DNA from: an uncultured bacterium
GTDB lineage: Bacteria > Patescibacteriota > Minisyncoccia > UBA6257 > GWB1-50-10
NCBI GenBank assembly: GCA_963713955.1
Contig: OY970216.1
Location: 72,075-136,074, forward strand
Direction of reading: 5' to 3'
DNA length: 64,000 bases
Part shown: positions 62,827 to 64,000 of the stretch, piece by piece
Position numbering within the stretch: position 1 is the stretch's first letter
Layout: every line of letters starts with the position of its first letter
Made by a program: the position numbers and the translations under genes
Notes under the pieces: model-generated
What the model was told of the DNA's origin: nothing
What the model saw: only the letters and a program-made list of their open reading frames with translations
Database searches by the model: none

Positions 62827-62878
62827 TATATTATCAGACTATTTTAGATTTGACAAATAGCAAAAAATGTTGTAGTAT
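62827..62878. promoter_or_regulatory. Back-to-back promoters sharing a palindromic -35
   Basis: On the plus strand: TTGACA (62850-55), 17-bp spacer, TAGTAT (62873-78), driving the 62987 gene. On the minus strand: TTGTCA, about 18-bp spacer, TAATAT (reverse complement of 62827-32), driving tRNA-Leu. Confidence 0.5.
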
Positions 62879-62986
62879 TTAAGCAGATCTAAATCAAGAA
62901 ACTCCCGGTTCTGGGAGCTTAAATCGGGCAAAAGAGTTTACTGAAACGAAACATAAAAAGTTTAAAAGAAAAGGAGAAGTAGAAAA

Positions 62987-63553
62987 ATGGCTAGACAAGG
63001 AAATCAGGGAAATGCCTTACTTTCCCTCTTGCTCGAGTTCACCGAGCCGCGGCTCGTGAGCGGATTGTACGTGCAAACAATGCATGTTCGTCCTGCCCCC
63101 GATAGTGCCTCGCTGGTTGGCAAACTTGTCGACTTTCGCTTGGACAAATCCCCTTACGGATCGTCTAAACGATTAAGTCCCGATGCAGCAGTTGATTTTG
63201 TCGCATTAAAACCTGGACAGAAGTACCAGTTCGAAGCAATGGTCGGTGTAGAAGCTATTGCTTCTGAATCCCGGATGATGCCGGAAATGTCTCAAAAAAC
63301 CTCCGGAGCATCCATTCTCAACTATTCGGTATCACGAGACCACAATAACTTTCTGTTGGCCATGAATGTGGTTAACGCAGAGAGCAAAGATGAAGTGGTC
63401 GTGGTTGATGGAGTTGAGGAGAAACACATTGAGATTAAAGATGGTTATGTATCTTACCCTTTCTCTTTAGGGAAGGGTGAAAGACGAGAAATAACCTTCG
63501 GCTTTAGAGGACGCGGAGAAATGAAGAAAATTAAATTGAGAGGAAAGAGGTAA
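62987..63553 (+). CDS. Hypothetical protein (188 aa)
   Basis: A strong RBS AAAGGAGAAG precedes the ATG. No domain that I recognise. Confidence 0.5.
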   Translation: MARQGNQGNALLSLLLEFTEPRLVSGLYVQTMHVRPAPDSASLVGKLVDFRLDKSPYGSSKRLSPDAAVDFVALKPGQKYQFEAMVGVEAIASESRMMPEMSQKTSGASILNYSVSRDHNNFLLAMNVVNAESKDEVVVVDGVEEKHIEIKDGYVSYPFSLGKGERREITFGFRGRGEMKKIKLRGKR

Positions 63554-63556
63554 GTC

Positions 63557-64000
63557 ATGAAATGGATCGAAAATTCAATTGGAGCTCCTCTTCATTGGTT
63601 AAGTTCAATGGATTGGGGATCGTTTTTCTTCTCGTTGTTACGAGTGTCAGTAGTAATAATCGTAGTAGGCGGAGTCATTGTTCTCTTTCTACGATTTGTT
63701 GTGCCCATCCTTGTTTCTATCGCGGATTGGGCTCTCGGAATAATAAGGCGAAGTCCGGTTGTAACATTGATCGGAGTATCATCGGCCGTTGCGGTTGTCA
63801 TTCTCCCTGCCTATGTCCTACCAATTCTCGTCGCCATCTCAATATTTCTTCTTGTCGGGGCACTGCTCGTGATTTTCAACCAGCCAGGTGAGGATCAAGA
63901 AAGAAGATGGGACAGGATATTCTACGTGGCGCTTCTTGCCACAGCCATGATTATGGTTGTGGTCACGGCGATCGTGGAACATCCGCTCATTGACATTCTC
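63557..64000 (+). CDS. Polytopic membrane protein; the 3' end runs off the window
   Basis: From ATG 63557 the frame MKWIENSIGAPLHWLSSMDWGSFFFSLLRVSVVIIVVGGVIVLF... stays open to the window end and has 4 or more TM helices. It overlaps the preceding stop (ATGA). The track ORFs 63562-63891(+) and 63592-63801(-) are in other frames and are probably spurious. Confidence 0.5.
   Translation, partial: MKWIENSIGAPLHWLSSMDWGSFFFSLLRVSVVIIVVGGVIVLFLRFVVPILVSIADWALGIIRRSPVVTLIGVSSAVAVVILPAYVLPILVAISIFLLVGALLVIFNQPGEDQERRWDRIFYVALLATAMIMVVVTAIVEHPLIDIL

Noticed and set aside
1-64000. CRISPR arrays, rRNA genes, IS elements or transposases, and prophage genes.
   Set aside because: I found no regularly spaced direct repeats with unique spacers, no rRNA-like sequence, and no transposase or integrase other than the chromosomal xerD-type recombinase, which has the housekeeping XerD N-terminus and size. 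The only repeat families are the ~80-bp palindromic elements and the heptamer array.

Overview
This 64-kb window looks like a small-genome bacterial chromosome segment, probably Patescibacteria/CPR-like; that taxonomic guess is an inference from gene content and compact operons. It spans the replication-origin neighbourhood: dnaN-dnaA on the minus strand facing rpmH-rnpA-yidC-jag on the plus strand. Most of it is dense housekeeping: argS-ileS, smpB followed by a tmRNA, infC-rpmI-rplT, a membrane-anchored ClpB/ClpC-like ATPase, murB, glmM, ruvA/ruvB/ruvC (dispersed), tsaE-polA, a class A PBP, and an rpsO-NYN-pnp operon. Type IV pilus parts are present (a prepilin with a LamG domain, and pilB), along with xerD, comM, dksA and ksgA. 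There are two tRNAs, Arg-CCG and Leu-TAG.

Three regions stand out.

- **AT-rich island (about 16.4-18.8 kb).** Three tightly coupled genes with no recognisable domains sit between a canonical sigma70 promoter and tRNA-Arg. This is the best candidate for an acquired defence or mobile module.
- **Type IV secretion-like locus (about 39.8-52.3 kb).** A 12.5-kb single-strand operon includes a VirB4-like ATPase, a VirB3-like protein, a VirB6-like polytopic protein, pilin-like and secreted proteins, and ksgA at its head.
- **Palindromic repeat family.** Four copies of an ~80-bp element, each with a conserved 30-bp core flanked by 20-28-bp inverted arms that carry compensatory substitutions. Three copies sit at gene ends and one sits in the dnaA-rpmH origin region. 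This looks like a REP/MITE-like structured element.

Smaller observations include an acidic mini-protein with its own promoter and terminator, four tandem TTACTNG heptamers abutting the pilB -10 element, a candidate structured ncRNA, and palindromic or shared promoter elements between divergent genes.

Everything was read by eye. No searches or folding were run.
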